From the IMG/VR virus record IMGVR_UViG_3300025141_000055, positions 18,134-82,133 of that record: DNA of 64,000 nt. One strand, 5' to 3'. Source of the stretch: a virus. Below, in pieces: positions 29,366 through 39,086 of this stretch; the first letter of the stretch is position 1; every line of letters begins with the position of its first letter. The notes beneath the pieces were generated by a model. The model was given only the letters and a program-made list of their open reading frames with translations. It ran no database searches and was not told the origin of the DNA. The translations under genes were made by a program, and so were the position numbers.

Positions 29366-30010
29366 ATGGGACAGACTCCTCAGTATCAACACTCTACGGC
29401 TACATCGCCTTTAACTCATTTCATTCGTACTTTCGATAATCTTCTTCCTGAACCTTTTTGTGAGGCGGTAATAGAGGAGTATAGCGAGCCCAATGGGTTG
29501 TGGGAAGATTCCTTCATCTACCATGAATTGGAGTCAGGAGATAGTGTGAAGGATGACACGTGGAGGACATCGTCACAGCTCAATATCTCGTTAGGTAATG
29601 TTATTAATGTCAACCCAGGTCATCGCCGTCAGTTAGATATAGATCTATTTAGTTACGTAGGTCAGGCGCTTAATGCTTACATGAACATTTTTGGTGATGT
29701 AAGTGTTCGTAAAGATAATGGGTATACATTATTGAGATATGGTCCTAATGAGTTTTATAAGGAGCATTATGACTATGTCAGTCGAGAGCAAGCTAAAGGT
29801 GCAGACGCCGGAGAGGTAAGAGAGTTAACCCTTCTTATCCAGTTAAATAGCGATTTTGAGGGAGGAGGTTTAACTTTTTTCAATGACACTTTCCGCATCC
29901 CTGTTAGTACTGGATCGGCTACTATTTTCCCCTCTTCTTTTATGTTTCCTCACCAAGCTCTTCCTGTAAAAAGCGGAACCCGTTATGCGATTGTTTCGTG
30001 GTTTCACTAA
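29366..30010 (+). CDS. 2OG-Fe(II) oxygenase (prolyl 4-hydroxylase-like)
   Basis: LLRY....YKEHYD, LN.DFEGGGL.F, FPSSFMFPH...PV.SGTRYAIVSW. Confidence 0.9.
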   Translation: MGQTPQYQHSTATSPLTHFIRTFDNLLPEPFCEAVIEEYSEPNGLWEDSFIYHELESGDSVKDDTWRTSSQLNISLGNVINVNPGHRRQLDIDLFSYVGQALNAYMNIFGDVSVRKDNGYTLLRYGPNEFYKEHYDYVSREQAKGADAGEVRELTLLIQLNSDFEGGGLTFFNDTFRIPVSTGSATIFPSSFMFPHQALPVKSGTRYAIVSWFH

Positions 30011-30050
30011 AAGTATCAGTTAATATAAAAAAAGTTGGCCCAATTTTTGG

Positions 30051-30425
30051 ATGGTCCATCAGGAATCAGATTTAGTGTTCACTCTCCAGTGTTTGCAAAA
30101 GAGGACAGCTAGAAAAAGATTCCGACGAATAATATTAGATGAGTGGGGAGGATGTGCTTATTGTGGGAGACATAAACCCTCCAGTGTGGACCACGTTATA
30201 CCGCGCGCTAAAGGAGGAGGGACTGTTAAAAGCAACCTCGTGGCGTGTTGCGGTGAGTGTAATTTATGTAAGTCTGATCTAGACTGGGGTGAATGGTTTA
30301 GACAACAGGATTTCTGGTGTCCCGATAGGGAAGTGAAAATATTAGAGTGGCTCCACCAGGCAGAAGACGTGAAGGCCCTAGAGAAAGAACAACCCTGGGT
30401 TATTCCTCTCTTAACCGCGGCGTAG
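30051..30425 (+). CDS. HNH endonuclease
   Basis: CAYCG...DHVIPRAKGG...NLVACCGECNLCK. Confidence 0.9.
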   Translation: MVHQESDLVFTLQCLQKRTARKRFRRIILDEWGGCAYCGRHKPSSVDHVIPRAKGGGTVKSNLVACCGECNLCKSDLDWGEWFRQQDFWCPDREVKILEWLHQAEDVKALEKEQPWVIPLLTAA

Positions 30426-30581
30426 TTACTGCTTAACTTTAGTGGTGAGAATACCGGCTAGCTTCTCCACAAGTTTATAGATGCGTCCATAGACCTCGTT
30501 ATCTTTCGGGGTGGGGGTCACATTCACAATAGCCAGGGCTAGTAAGTGCAGAGCGCCTATGATCCCTATAAGGTTTTCCAT
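30426..30581 (-). CDS. small holin-like membrane protein (51 aa, not in ORF track)
   Basis: MENLIGIIGALHLLALAIVNVTPTPKDNEVYGRIYKLVEKLAG; TPTPKD motif. Confidence 0.7.
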   Translation of the reverse strand: MENLIGIIGALHLLALAIVNVTPTPKDNEVYGRIYKLVEKLAGILTTKVKQ

Positions 30582-30632
30582 GCGATTGGGTGAAATCCGG
30601 TATGATTATAGTAGCAAAACGTCTTCTTTTTC

Positions 30633-30893
30633 ATGCCTGACATCCTAGATGATGCTGTTAAATCCATCATGCGTGAGAACCCGAAGATGGATAAGAGTTC
30701 CGCGTATGCAATTGCCGTTAGCACTTTACAGAAAGCGGGGGATCTAAAAAAGGGAACTTATGAGTCGACCGAAAAGGGTAAGAGAAGGGCGGAGATGAGT
30801 AAGGCCAGCCGGGCTAAAACCAGGGCAGAAAAATATAAAAAGGAGAGGGAAGCCGGCCGCAAATTTAAACGGAATACCTCGGGGAGGGACTAG
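30633..30893 (+). CDS. small basic protein
   Basis: SSAYAIAVSTLQKAG; K/R-rich C-terminus. Confidence 0.65.
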   Translation: MPDILDDAVKSIMRENPKMDKSSAYAIAVSTLQKAGDLKKGTYESTEKGKRRAEMSKASRAKTRAEKYKKEREAGRKFKRNTSGRD

Positions 30894-30895
30894 TT

Positions 30896-31657
30896 TTGGC
30901 AGATGATTAGATTCAGAAAGCAATTGAGCGCCCCGGAGCGTTCAGTAAGAAAGCGAAGGAGCGTGGGCTTACTACGGCTCAGTTTGCTGACAAGGTAGAA
31001 GCAAACCCGGAGCATTATTCGGATGGAGTTTAATTATGGATGAGTTTAATCAGGCCTTTGGCGGACAGCAGTTTGACAATGCTGGAGACGCATTTACTGC
31101 TGGGTATTTAAGAATGGCTGGCGAGACTGAGCTGCCAGGTGAATTGAATGTTCTGCGCAATCTATTAATGATGGGACGATTAGAGGATCACACTGGTGCA
31201 GTGACCGTTACTCGTGATGGTTCCTTAGAAGTTGCGCCGAGCAATAGTAACTGGGGACTGAGAGGATCCTTTGGTTATGATCCAAGCACGATGGTGTACT
31301 ATCGCACGATGATACCCGAAGGTGCCTATACACCTCCAGGTCAGTCTGTAGACAATGCACTTCTTGAATTTGAGCAGTCGTATTGATTAGTAGTGTCCTT
31401 GCAGGTAACTAATCCTTGTGGACTGTAGATGTATACGTAGTGACCAATCTGATAGTTTTGCCCGACTCCGTAGAACATCTGAAGGCAGGTGATTGTGGTG
31501 CAGAGAGTTTGCATGGGAATAGTTTCGTAGGTAATTATCAAGGGCCGCTGTATGGGCCCCATCCTGATCTATGGGAGAGACGTCGAGGACAGAGAAGCAG
31601 GCTAATTTGGCGGAGACGCTACGCAAGGTGCGTAAGTACAAGGGGAAGAAAAAGTAG
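30896..31657 (+). pseudogene. small basic phage gene split by an insertion, with an amber codon
   Basis: MADD*IQKAIERPGAFSKKAK...NPEHYS (30896-31021) resumes in the same frame at 31583 as SRTEKQANLAETLRKVRKYKGKKK*. Confidence 0.6.
31036..31386 (+). CDS. hypothetical protein inside the 561-bp insertion
   Basis: SD-like GGAG upstream; contains LRMAGE. Confidence 0.6.
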   Translation: MDEFNQAFGGQQFDNAGDAFTAGYLRMAGETELPGELNVLRNLLMMGRLEDHTGAVTVTRDGSLEVAPSNSNWGLRGSFGYDPSTMVYYRTMIPEGAYTPPGQSVDNALLEFEQSY

Positions 31658-31864
31658 AGTCTAGGAACCCTCTTATTTCAGTGGTGGCAATAACAGCCAC
31701 GAAGTAGCCTACTAAGGAAGTTGTGAATAATAAAGTGAATTTTCCCGCGAGGATTAAAGAGCTGTGGATGACGTGGGTCGTCCGGCCTGCATTCATTTTT
31801 GTGTTCATGTTAATTGTGGGAGTGGCCCTTAAGTGGGCTGAGATTGAAGAGTTGTGGATTCGGG

Positions 31865-32215
31865 TTACACGGAGTCGCTATCGCGATTAAGTACCCAAGG
31901 AGCGGTGATGCGGAGAACTTTACCATTCTGTTCCCTAGTGTATAAAGGCGCGTTAGCTTTCTTTTCTTCGATGTCCCATTCTTCATGTAGTTGAACAAAG
32001 TCTTTTTCAAGTTTTGCCATGACGATGCCTGTTCTAAATTCGGTCCAGTCAGGATGGCAGTTATCTTTAGCTCTAATTACCCATGGGTTGAGACGGATCT
32101 TGGGATAAAATCTTTCGAGAAAGATAAGGGTCTCAAAAACTAGGGCATTGAATTTGTTGTAAGGAATATCTTCCATTTCCGGTAGACTAGGAGTAACAGT
32201 TGAAGAATTACTCAT
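31865..32215 (-). CDS. hypothetical protein
   Basis: ORF track; the start may be MEDIPY. Confidence 0.55.
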   Translation of the reverse strand: MSNSSTVTPSLPEMEDIPYNKFNALVFETLIFLERFYPKIRLNPWVIRAKDNCHPDWTEFRTGIVMAKLEKDFVQLHEEWDIEEKKANAPLYTREQNGKVLRITAPWVLNRDSDSV

Positions 32216-32612
32216 GGCTCAGTGCACATTTAATAGAGAGTTGAATGCTGCTCCCGCTGAGACTGGCATGTGGGGACAGTTCAGGGTGGAGGACTCCTCT
32301 GATTGTACGTTTGACGGATACAACGGTTTTACAGCCGACGGCTCCTTCCCTCTAGCTGATCGTTACAATATGATACATGTCGATACCGGGACGGCCACAT
32401 ATACTCTTCAACCTGAGTCTTTCGGAGTTAGTGGAGCTCGGATTCTTGATGCTAATGGCACCCTATTAGGTGAGTTAGCAGCCCCCCAGACTAGCCGCAG
32501 AACTTCTTCAAGCGTTTCGTTCTCCGTAAGTGGAGGTAGTACTGCAACCTTATATGTCGATAAAACAGCACGCTCTCCTGCTATCTACAGGCTGGTAGCT
32601 GCGGTTGCATAA
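32214..32612 (+). CDS. hypothetical beta-sandwich protein
   Basis: TAGACT box at 32183-32188 and GGAG upstream. Confidence 0.6.
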   Translation: MAQCTFNRELNAAPAETGMWGQFRVEDSSDCTFDGYNGFTADGSFPLADRYNMIHVDTGTATYTLQPESFGVSGARILDANGTLLGELAAPQTSRRTSSSVSFSVSGGSTATLYVDKTARSPAIYRLVAAVA

Positions 32613-32687
32613 GGACCTGATTTAAGAGCTTACTTTTTGTTACCAAAAGTAGGGTTCCCGAGCTAAGGTGCCGTTGGAGTTTTCCTG

Positions 32688-33953
32688 GTGCTCGTGGAGG
32701 TTTCTGCTGAGGGGGTTGAACTTATAAAGCAGTTTGAGGAACTGCATTTATCAGCGCAATCGGACAGAGAAGGGGAGCTTTACATCGGATATAACCATAG
32801 AGGGGCGGACATTTGTGAAGGTCAACTTCTTCATCCTGAGGAAGCACATACGCTTTTGGTGGAGGATGCTAGATACTATGGGCGTTGTGTGACTACTTAT
32901 GTTGACCCTAAGCTTTCTCAGAATGAGTTCGACGCGTTAGTTTCTTTTTGCTTCAGTATTGGTTCTAATGCTTTTTTAGAGTCGTCCACTCTTAAACTCC
33001 TCAATCAAGGGACTAAACGCTCGATCGTAGCTAGTGAATTAATGCGGGAGGTGCCCCGTAAAAAAAGTACGGGGGAGCTTTGTTTTTTTTCTAGTCGGCG
33101 TACCGCGGAGAAAGCTCTTTTTTTACGTAAGCCGAAACATCCCTTATTAGGTCATTCGATCTACGCTAAAACCGAAACATGGCTAAAGAGGCTTCCTCTC
33201 GAGCCTGATGAGTTACAACCGGAAGAGAAGTTATTTGTTCCTAAAGGAAGTGCCCATGAATGGGCCTCCTTAACCGAGTACCCGGGTGAAAAAAATAAAG
33301 AAGTAAAGCTTGTCTCTCAACCGACGCAGGCGTGGTGGATTAATCCTAGTGACTGGAAGGTTATTAATGATAAGGATGAGGCAATGGAACATCTATCACC
33401 CCGGGGTATTTCATTAGGGGTTCCTTATTACCCCCAGAGGGAGAATGGGTCTGACTTTAGTTGTTGTTGTGCAATGTTATTAGCTGGGTTACAGCCGGAG
33501 ATGGTGGGAACACAGGAAGATTATTATGAGGAAGTTCAGCGCCGTGGGGATGAGAGGCAGGATATAACTCAGCTCGAGACTCTTAGTTCTTATGGGTTGG
33601 ATGCGGAGTTTTGTGAAACGGGGTATTGGATAACTGTAGAAGAACTAATTGAACAAGGAGCGCCGGTACCCTTGGGTATTCTTCATGAAGGTCCCTTATC
33701 GTGTCCCTCGGGATCAGGCCACTGGATATGCGCTGTAGGTCTGACTGAGGACAGAAAAAGTTTAATTTGTCATGACCCCTGGGGATATCTTTCTTTAAAG
33801 GATGGCAGCTATATCACTGAGAAAGGGGAATCAGTAATTTATTCAAAGGAGGAGCTCGCTCCCCGCTGGATGGCAGGTGGTATAGGAACGGGCTGGTTTA
33901 TTCGACCCACCAAGAAATATCTCATTGATCGGAAATTTCGATTATTATTTTGA
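32688..33953 (+). CDS. GH24 lysozyme + C39-like peptidase fusion (lysin-like, motifs eroded)
   Basis: GVELIKQFE...IGYNH, LSQNEFDALVSFCFSIG, RRTAEKALF; LGVPYYPQ, PVPLGILHEG...GSGHW...HDPWG. Confidence 0.75.
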   Translation: MLVEVSAEGVELIKQFEELHLSAQSDREGELYIGYNHRGADICEGQLLHPEEAHTLLVEDARYYGRCVTTYVDPKLSQNEFDALVSFCFSIGSNAFLESSTLKLLNQGTKRSIVASELMREVPRKKSTGELCFFSSRRTAEKALFLRKPKHPLLGHSIYAKTETWLKRLPLEPDELQPEEKLFVPKGSAHEWASLTEYPGEKNKEVKLVSQPTQAWWINPSDWKVINDKDEAMEHLSPRGISLGVPYYPQRENGSDFSCCCAMLLAGLQPEMVGTQEDYYEEVQRRGDERQDITQLETLSSYGLDAEFCETGYWITVEELIEQGAPVPLGILHEGPLSCPSGSGHWICAVGLTEDRKSLICHDPWGYLSLKDGSYITEKGESVIYSKEELAPRWMAGGIGTGWFIRPTKKYLIDRKFRLLF

Positions 33954-34191
33954 GCCAAGCAATGAATCTCCGATGACCCAAGACACGAGCGACGCCTACC
34001 TAGAGAATTGGGATTGGCGTGATGAGCAGAAAAAAGCTGAATTTATGGAGGATTTATATCAGTTCTACGGTAAAGGAGACTCCCTTTTTACCGGCTTGTG
34101 GCTGGAGTTTAAAGAGGATTTGGCCCAACACGCTCGACGCAAGGTCACCAACGGTCTTTGTAAGATTGAGGATTTGTTTAAAGCTGAATAA
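33925..34191 (+). CDS. hypothetical protein
   Basis: AEFMEDLYQFY...FTGLW; start uncertain. Confidence 0.55.
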   Translation: MIGNFDYYFEPSNESPMTQDTSDAYLENWDWRDEQKKAEFMEDLYQFYGKGDSLFTGLWLEFKEDLAQHARRKVTNGLCKIEDLFKAE

Positions 34192-34223
34192 GATCCTAAA
34201 CTTATTAAATAATAAGGACTCTT

Positions 34224-34463
34224 ATGGGCCGCGAGAGGGATTACAGAAAGGAATATGATGAGCACGGAGCCACGTCTGAGCAGAAAAAGAGACGTGCGGC
34301 CCGCAATAAAGCGCGTCGGTTTATGGAAAAGAATGGAAGGGTGAAGAAAGGAGATGGGAAAGAAGTCGACCACAAAGATCACAATCCGGAGAATAATTCC
34401 ACTAAAAATCTCCGCGTGGTAGACAAGAAGACTAATAGGGAAAAACAACCAAAACGGAGTTAA
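34224..34463 (+). CDS. small HNH-like basic protein
   Basis: RDYRKEY...RAARNKARR...GDGKEVDHKD.NP.NN...NLRVV...NR. Confidence 0.75.
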   Translation: MGRERDYRKEYDEHGATSEQKKRRAARNKARRFMEKNGRVKKGDGKEVDHKDHNPENNSTKNLRVVDKKTNREKQPKRS

Positions 34464-34472
34464 ACTAGACTG

Positions 34473-34985
34473 ATGGAACCTCAACACAATTTCCTCCAGC
34501 GCCCCGGTGGATTGGGACCAATGGCTGAGCGGGTTAAACCGCTGGGAGCTATTACTCCCAGTAACCCTGCTACCTATACCAATGACCCCAGTGCTATTGG
34601 GGCTCGTTTATCAGCTCAGTTAGATGATGTTAATCGTACTGAGAGTCAGTATCTAGTTGATCGGGGGGAGTACTCCCGACCCCCAATAGGTCCTACAAAC
34701 TATCAGGAGGCTAATATTATGCCTTCGCAGGAGCAGACGGGAGTGGCTGGCTATAACCAGCAAGGAGAGATAAAGTTTCCAGAGAGAGCTGCCGATCTGA
34801 ATAAGGCTCAGTACTTAGTTGATACTGCTAATTCAATGGATTCTCAGCTACGTGAACAGATGCAGATTTTGACCTCCCTGCCTCAACAGAATTTTGTGAA
34901 TACCCAGGATCCTTCACATTATTTTGGTACGAGTTATCGGATGCCTAATTCTTTACCTCTTCAACCTCTTCCTCCTAAAAAGTAG
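34473..34985 (+). CDS. hypothetical protein
   Basis: ORF track; Q/P/N-rich. Confidence 0.6.
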   Translation: MEPQHNFLQRPGGLGPMAERVKPLGAITPSNPATYTNDPSAIGARLSAQLDDVNRTESQYLVDRGEYSRPPIGPTNYQEANIMPSQEQTGVAGYNQQGEIKFPERAADLNKAQYLVDTANSMDSQLREQMQILTSLPQQNFVNTQDPSHYFGTSYRMPNSLPLQPLPPKK

Positions 34986-35128
34986 TGCAGACTAATCAAG
35001 CCGATACGGTTCGCATGGCCGGCATGAGGCTGGGAATGAAGCCTGCCCACATGCAGGAATGGGTCGGGAATCCTCGCGAAATCACAGCTCGGCTCCGGTA
35101 CCAACAGACTTACACCAACTCTCCTTGA
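34985..35128 (+). CDS. small protein (47 aa, not in ORF track)
   Basis: GTG overlaps the previous TAG; VQTNQADTVRMAGMRLG...RLRYQQT. Confidence 0.5.
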   Translation: MQTNQADTVRMAGMRLGMKPAHMQEWVGNPREITARLRYQQTYTNSP

Positions 35129-35149
35129 AGTTACCGCCCTGTGTCAAGC

Positions 35150-35716
35150 CTAAGGAACACTAAAAGGAGTGTAGAGGCACCACCCCGTGGCAATGTATTT
35201 ATCTCCAATATTTGGACATACTCCCCTATGGGTATGGGTCCAATAAGCGGGCCATACAGCACCGACACCTGCTTTGGCTTCTAAGATGGTGTCTTGGAGG
35301 ATGAACTCTGTCCCACACTCAGCATTGTTTAAGTAAAAAATCCACGCGAGCATTCGGTAGGGGTAGGTCGTGTTAGGCATGGGAGCATACTCCATATGTG
35401 CAGCGGAGTAGCCTTCTCCATCTTTGTAGTGCTGGAGATTGTATGTGGGAGAAATGTTGAACTGATACCCTTCTTCTAAGATGGGATATTTATCTACATA
35501 CTGATCCATTAGAGTTACCATAGCGGGTAGAAGAATAGCGTTATAAACCAGATGAAGAGGGTTGCCCAGTTCACAAGCAATATCAGTAGAGACTTTTTGG
35601 TCGCTTTTTACTTCGTTCCCTGCTACGTGTCCCGGTATCCTTAGGTCGTCGTTATTAAAGTGCTTAATAATCGTGTCACATTCTTCGGAGGTTAAAACTT
35701 TGAAGGTCTCAATCAT
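35150..35716 (-). CDS. 2OG-Fe(II) oxygenase
   Basis: NLQHY..GEGY..AHME, RMLAWIFYLN, GTEF, WPAYWTHTHRG, KYIATGW. Confidence 0.9.
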   Translation of the reverse strand: MIETFKVLTSEECDTIIKHFNNDDLRIPGHVAGNEVKSDQKVSTDIACELGNPLHLVYNAILLPAMVTLMDQYVDKYPILEEGYQFNISPTYNLQHYKDGEGYSAAHMEYAPMPNTTYPYRMLAWIFYLNNAECGTEFILQDTILEAKAGVGAVWPAYWTHTHRGVCPNIGDKYIATGWCLYTPFSVP

Positions 35717-35722
35717 GTTCTC

Positions 35723-36289
35723 TTAAGGGTTGACCTTATTCCAGGGGTCGACTCCTTTTTGAGGGTCGGAAGGAGTAAGGTTCGCTTTTTGTTGGAGTTG
35801 CAATAATCTCATTTGAGTAGCGAGAGAATCCCTTTCGGCTACAAGAGGCCCAATTTGAGCTTGAGCCCAGTTCTGTGCATTATTTGTAAGCTCATCTAAT
35901 ACCGCTGCTGTATGTGGAAATACAAAGGCGACCCCCACTCCTTGTTTGGTATGGATCTTACTGCCTCCAGTCTGTTCGGCCAGGTTGGTTAAAAATCCGT
36001 GGGCTTGTTCAGTAGTTATACCGGCAAGACATCCCAATTGAATGGGATCAATCAGGCCGCGATTGGTTTCGTAGAGAGCGGTAAATGTAGTAGTGACACG
36101 ATCATTAGCCTCTTTCTTTTTCTCACTTTTTCGTCTTGCATCTTCAACGATTGAGGCACCTCCACATATTCCTCCGGCAAAAGCTAAACCGGCTCCCGCA
36201 AACTGAGGAGAAGTAAAGGCCAGAGCGCAACTAACTCCTGCTCCACTGAGGATCGCTAGTATTATGTGAGGGTTGATTCGCTGGGTCAT
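35723..36289 (-). CDS. membrane protein (two TM helices)
   Basis: Two N-terminal hydrophobic helices. Confidence 0.6.
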   Translation of the reverse strand: MTQRINPHIILAILSGAGVSCALAFTSPQFAGAGLAFAGGICGGASIVEDARRKSEKKKEANDRVTTTFTALYETNRGLIDPIQLGCLAGITTEQAHGFLTNLAEQTGGSKIHTKQGVGVAFVFPHTAAVLDELTNNAQNWAQAQIGPLVAERDSLATQMRLLQLQQKANLTPSDPQKGVDPWNKVNP

Positions 36290-39038
36290 GTTTGATAAAA
36301 GCGGTGTCCCAATCTTTCGATTGGGTGTCTTGAGCGAACTCTACAGGGGATGGTAGCCTGTCGGGTCCTTTTGCTGCTCGGTCTGAGTGTAAATCATATG
36401 CCTTCAGACGTAACCCCTGGATCGAGGGAATACCATCTTTAAGTACCGTTTTACATCCGGGAATCTTGAGAATGTTTGTGAGTGCCTCTTTAGTTCTTTC
36501 TACGAACCGATGCTTGGCCGCAGGTTTATAACCACAGGCTTTGCAAAAGTTGGCATAGCTAGGGTATAGAGCACCATAAGCATTAGCAACATATAAACCT
36601 TTTTCACTTTCATCCGTAGAAGGTTTCCTGGCTCCTTGACCCACCGGCGTGGCGGAATTGGGAGCATAGAGACAACAATCATTAAGCCATGCAACAAATT
36701 GATTGTTGAATAGGAGGGCATCAATATTGGTTCGGTTGAGGGAAGGCACATGCTTGGTCGGGTTAACCAAGATGTCTCTCATTAGATCATGATCGAGAGT
36801 TAGAGCCCACCTTACGATTCCACTCATCTCATTAGCGAATACTCCTTCAATGCGATCTTCAAAAACACTAATCAGTTCTTTACGATCACTCGGAGGCACG
36901 ACGTGATCCATCACAATGGTCAGCCGCCTTCTTTCGAGGCCGCTAGTGGAATCGTTAGAAGTGATGTGTTCATTACTAGCGATACAGACGAGACATTCTG
37001 GTTTAAAACTAATTATTTCCTTACCATATTTGCGTTCGGCTCGCAGAGTATCAGCAGCGGACGTAAGTTTTTTCAGTACGTCCATCCGTTTGTTGTAGTT
37101 GCTCTCGTCGGTTAGAAGAACTAATCGTTTACCTATGAGGTTATAAGTCTCAAATTTATTGGTTTCTATAATTTCGAGGCTGGAGGTGTGAGTGCTGTGG
37201 AATCCAGCTAGTGCAACTAATAGTTGTTGCATTGTCGATTTACCTGTACCCCCTGGTCCTACAAGGTGCAAGAACCTTTCTCCCGCGGTATGTCCCGTGA
37301 GGATGGCTCGGGCGAAGGCGCGGATGAGAATGTCTTGATTTTTACCGAGAGAACTCTTTATCCATTTGAGAAAGTTAGGGCATTCAGAGGAACTATCGAA
37401 GGGATAGGAAAGTTTGTGTCTCAAGAACAGATCTTTATGTTTGCCTTCTTGAAACTCCAGAGTATGTGCGTTTAAGACACCATTTGTAAAAGGGATAAAT
37501 CCTCTGGACTGACTCCATATACTCTTACGTCCTCCTTCGGCCGACCGCAGGAGTTTTGCTTTCAGTATTTGGTAAACACTATTAATCGTGGCCGCGTTGT
37601 ATTTAGGAAGAACCCCTGCTGTGACAAAGGAGTCAAGGGCTTTGACAATTCTTCTTTTAATGTGTTGTTCATCTTGCACATACCAGATGTCATAGTCCAA
37701 GTGGTAGTGGTAGAACTGGTCAAGATAACTGTCGTAAACAAAGTCATCACCTTGATTAGCGACAATGATGTCAGCTACGTCGTTCTCGGAGAACTGACGT
37801 TTTTGACCTTGTCCTTTCTGTAAACTAATTAATTGAGAGGGAGTTGAAGGAGTAGACATTGAAGTGAGGGGAGGTGTTGATGTTGATCTCTCTGTGTTCG
37901 CTTTTGTTGCTACTTGCAGACTGAATATAGAAGGGTCAGCTACTGAGTTAGCTGCTTCTTTTTTATGTTTATAAAATGCATCCTTCTGTTCGGAGGAGGC
38001 GTATTTTTCAAAGGTGGACCGACTGACCTTTTTTAATTTTTTCCAAATAGCTAAAGCTCCAAGATCGGAGGCTAGAGCAATGGCGGGCTGGAGATCTTCT
38101 ACTCCACGGATGGAGTTGAGGATACGAGAGAATTTGCCATCGAGGTCATGAGGGTACTCATAGATGCTATAGAATGCATGGTGTGCAATTGTCAACGGGG
38201 ATTCCTGTACAGGTATCTCATTGATACGTAACCAGTTTGCCCACCCGATCAGTTCCTTGAAGACAACCGCCATGGTCGAACTCCGGTCCTGCACTTGGCC
38301 ACCATCGAGTACTGATCGAACAGTGTTGGAGACAAGTTTCTCCAGATCCACCCCATCGGTGCGTACGAGAATCCCTGAAATCATTTCTGCAGGGTCTGAA
38401 GCCAGGGAAGAGGGTTCGACCGGGAGGTCTAGGTAGACGAGCTGAGCCTCGTTGACTTTACTAGCCGGGATAAATTTGCCAGGAGTAGCGAAGATCGCCT
38501 GTTGACTCTTAGGACCATAAAATAAGTTGGGTACAGTCGTGGCTCTGGGGTCTGAACCCGGTATCTGGCTATATATCTGCTTGGTAAACCACTGGTAGAA
38601 AGCCGGATCAATTACATGTTGTTCCAGGCCGAATACCAAGCGAAAACGAGGCCACTGAGGCGTGGTAGATGGAGAGAGGTAAGCAAGCGTGAGATATTTC
38701 TGACAAATATCGAGATTGAGGGCTTCTTCAGGGGTGAGTTCTTGTTGTTGAACTTTGTTCCCTTTTTCGTCTTTGTAAGGCGCCTGGTTGTCTATATCAA
38801 CAATAATGAGTCCTGCTTGTGTAACTCCTGTTTTATCCGCTTGTCTTCGACCCCCAAGCATGTGCCACGCACAGAGGCCGTGACAGTGCTGTAGATGATT
38901 AGAAAGCTGAGTTACATCGAGTTCTGAAGCAACCCAGTTAGAGTTAAAAGCTTGGAAGTTACCTCCTTCGGCTATTTTACCTGTCTGGGGATGGAGAAAT
39001 GATGATACTACTTCATTTATAGAGCAAACAAACTTCAT
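36231..39038 (-). CDS. DNA primase-helicase (AEP-like N-terminus + D5-like SF3 helicase)
   Basis: IIVDIDN, PRFRLVF; IPFTNGVL; Walker A GPGGTGKST; LLTDE; ASN; RRRL. Confidence 0.9.
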   Translation of the reverse strand: MKFVCSINEVVSSFLHPQTGKIAEGGNFQAFNSNWVASELDVTQLSNHLQHCHGLCAWHMLGGRRQADKTGVTQAGLIIVDIDNQAPYKDEKGNKVQQQELTPEEALNLDICQKYLTLAYLSPSTTPQWPRFRLVFGLEQHVIDPAFYQWFTKQIYSQIPGSDPRATTVPNLFYGPKSQQAIFATPGKFIPASKVNEAQLVYLDLPVEPSSLASDPAEMISGILVRTDGVDLEKLVSNTVRSVLDGGQVQDRSSTMAVVFKELIGWANWLRINEIPVQESPLTIAHHAFYSIYEYPHDLDGKFSRILNSIRGVEDLQPAIALASDLGALAIWKKLKKVSRSTFEKYASSEQKDAFYKHKKEAANSVADPSIFSLQVATKANTERSTSTPPLTSMSTPSTPSQLISLQKGQGQKRQFSENDVADIIVANQGDDFVYDSYLDQFYHYHLDYDIWYVQDEQHIKRRIVKALDSFVTAGVLPKYNAATINSVYQILKAKLLRSAEGGRKSIWSQSRGFIPFTNGVLNAHTLEFQEGKHKDLFLRHKLSYPFDSSSECPNFLKWIKSSLGKNQDILIRAFARAILTGHTAGERFLHLVGPGGTGKSTMQQLLVALAGFHSTHTSSLEIIETNKFETYNLIGKRLVLLTDESNYNKRMDVLKKLTSAADTLRAERKYGKEIISFKPECLVCIASNEHITSNDSTSGLERRRLTIVMDHVVPPSDRKELISVFEDRIEGVFANEMSGIVRWALTLDHDLMRDILVNPTKHVPSLNRTNIDALLFNNQFVAWLNDCCLYAPNSATPVGQGARKPSTDESEKGLYVANAYGALYPSYANFCKACGYKPAAKHRFVERTKEALTNILKIPGCKTVLKDGIPSIQGLRLKAYDLHSDRAAKGPDRLPSPVEFAQDTQSKDWDTAFIKHDPANQPSHNTSDPQWSRS

Positions 39039-39086
39039 GGTGTGCTGTGACGTGCATTGACTATACCGTATTCCACTAATAGGGGA

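Noticed and set aside
30908-30910. Amber stop-codon reassignment
   Set aside because: Single case; many genes end normally in TAG and long ORFs are intact under the standard code
31022-31582. Group I intron as the explanation for the split gene
   Set aside because: No junction register gives both a 5' exon ending in U and a terminal G, and I could not recognise P7 core motifs
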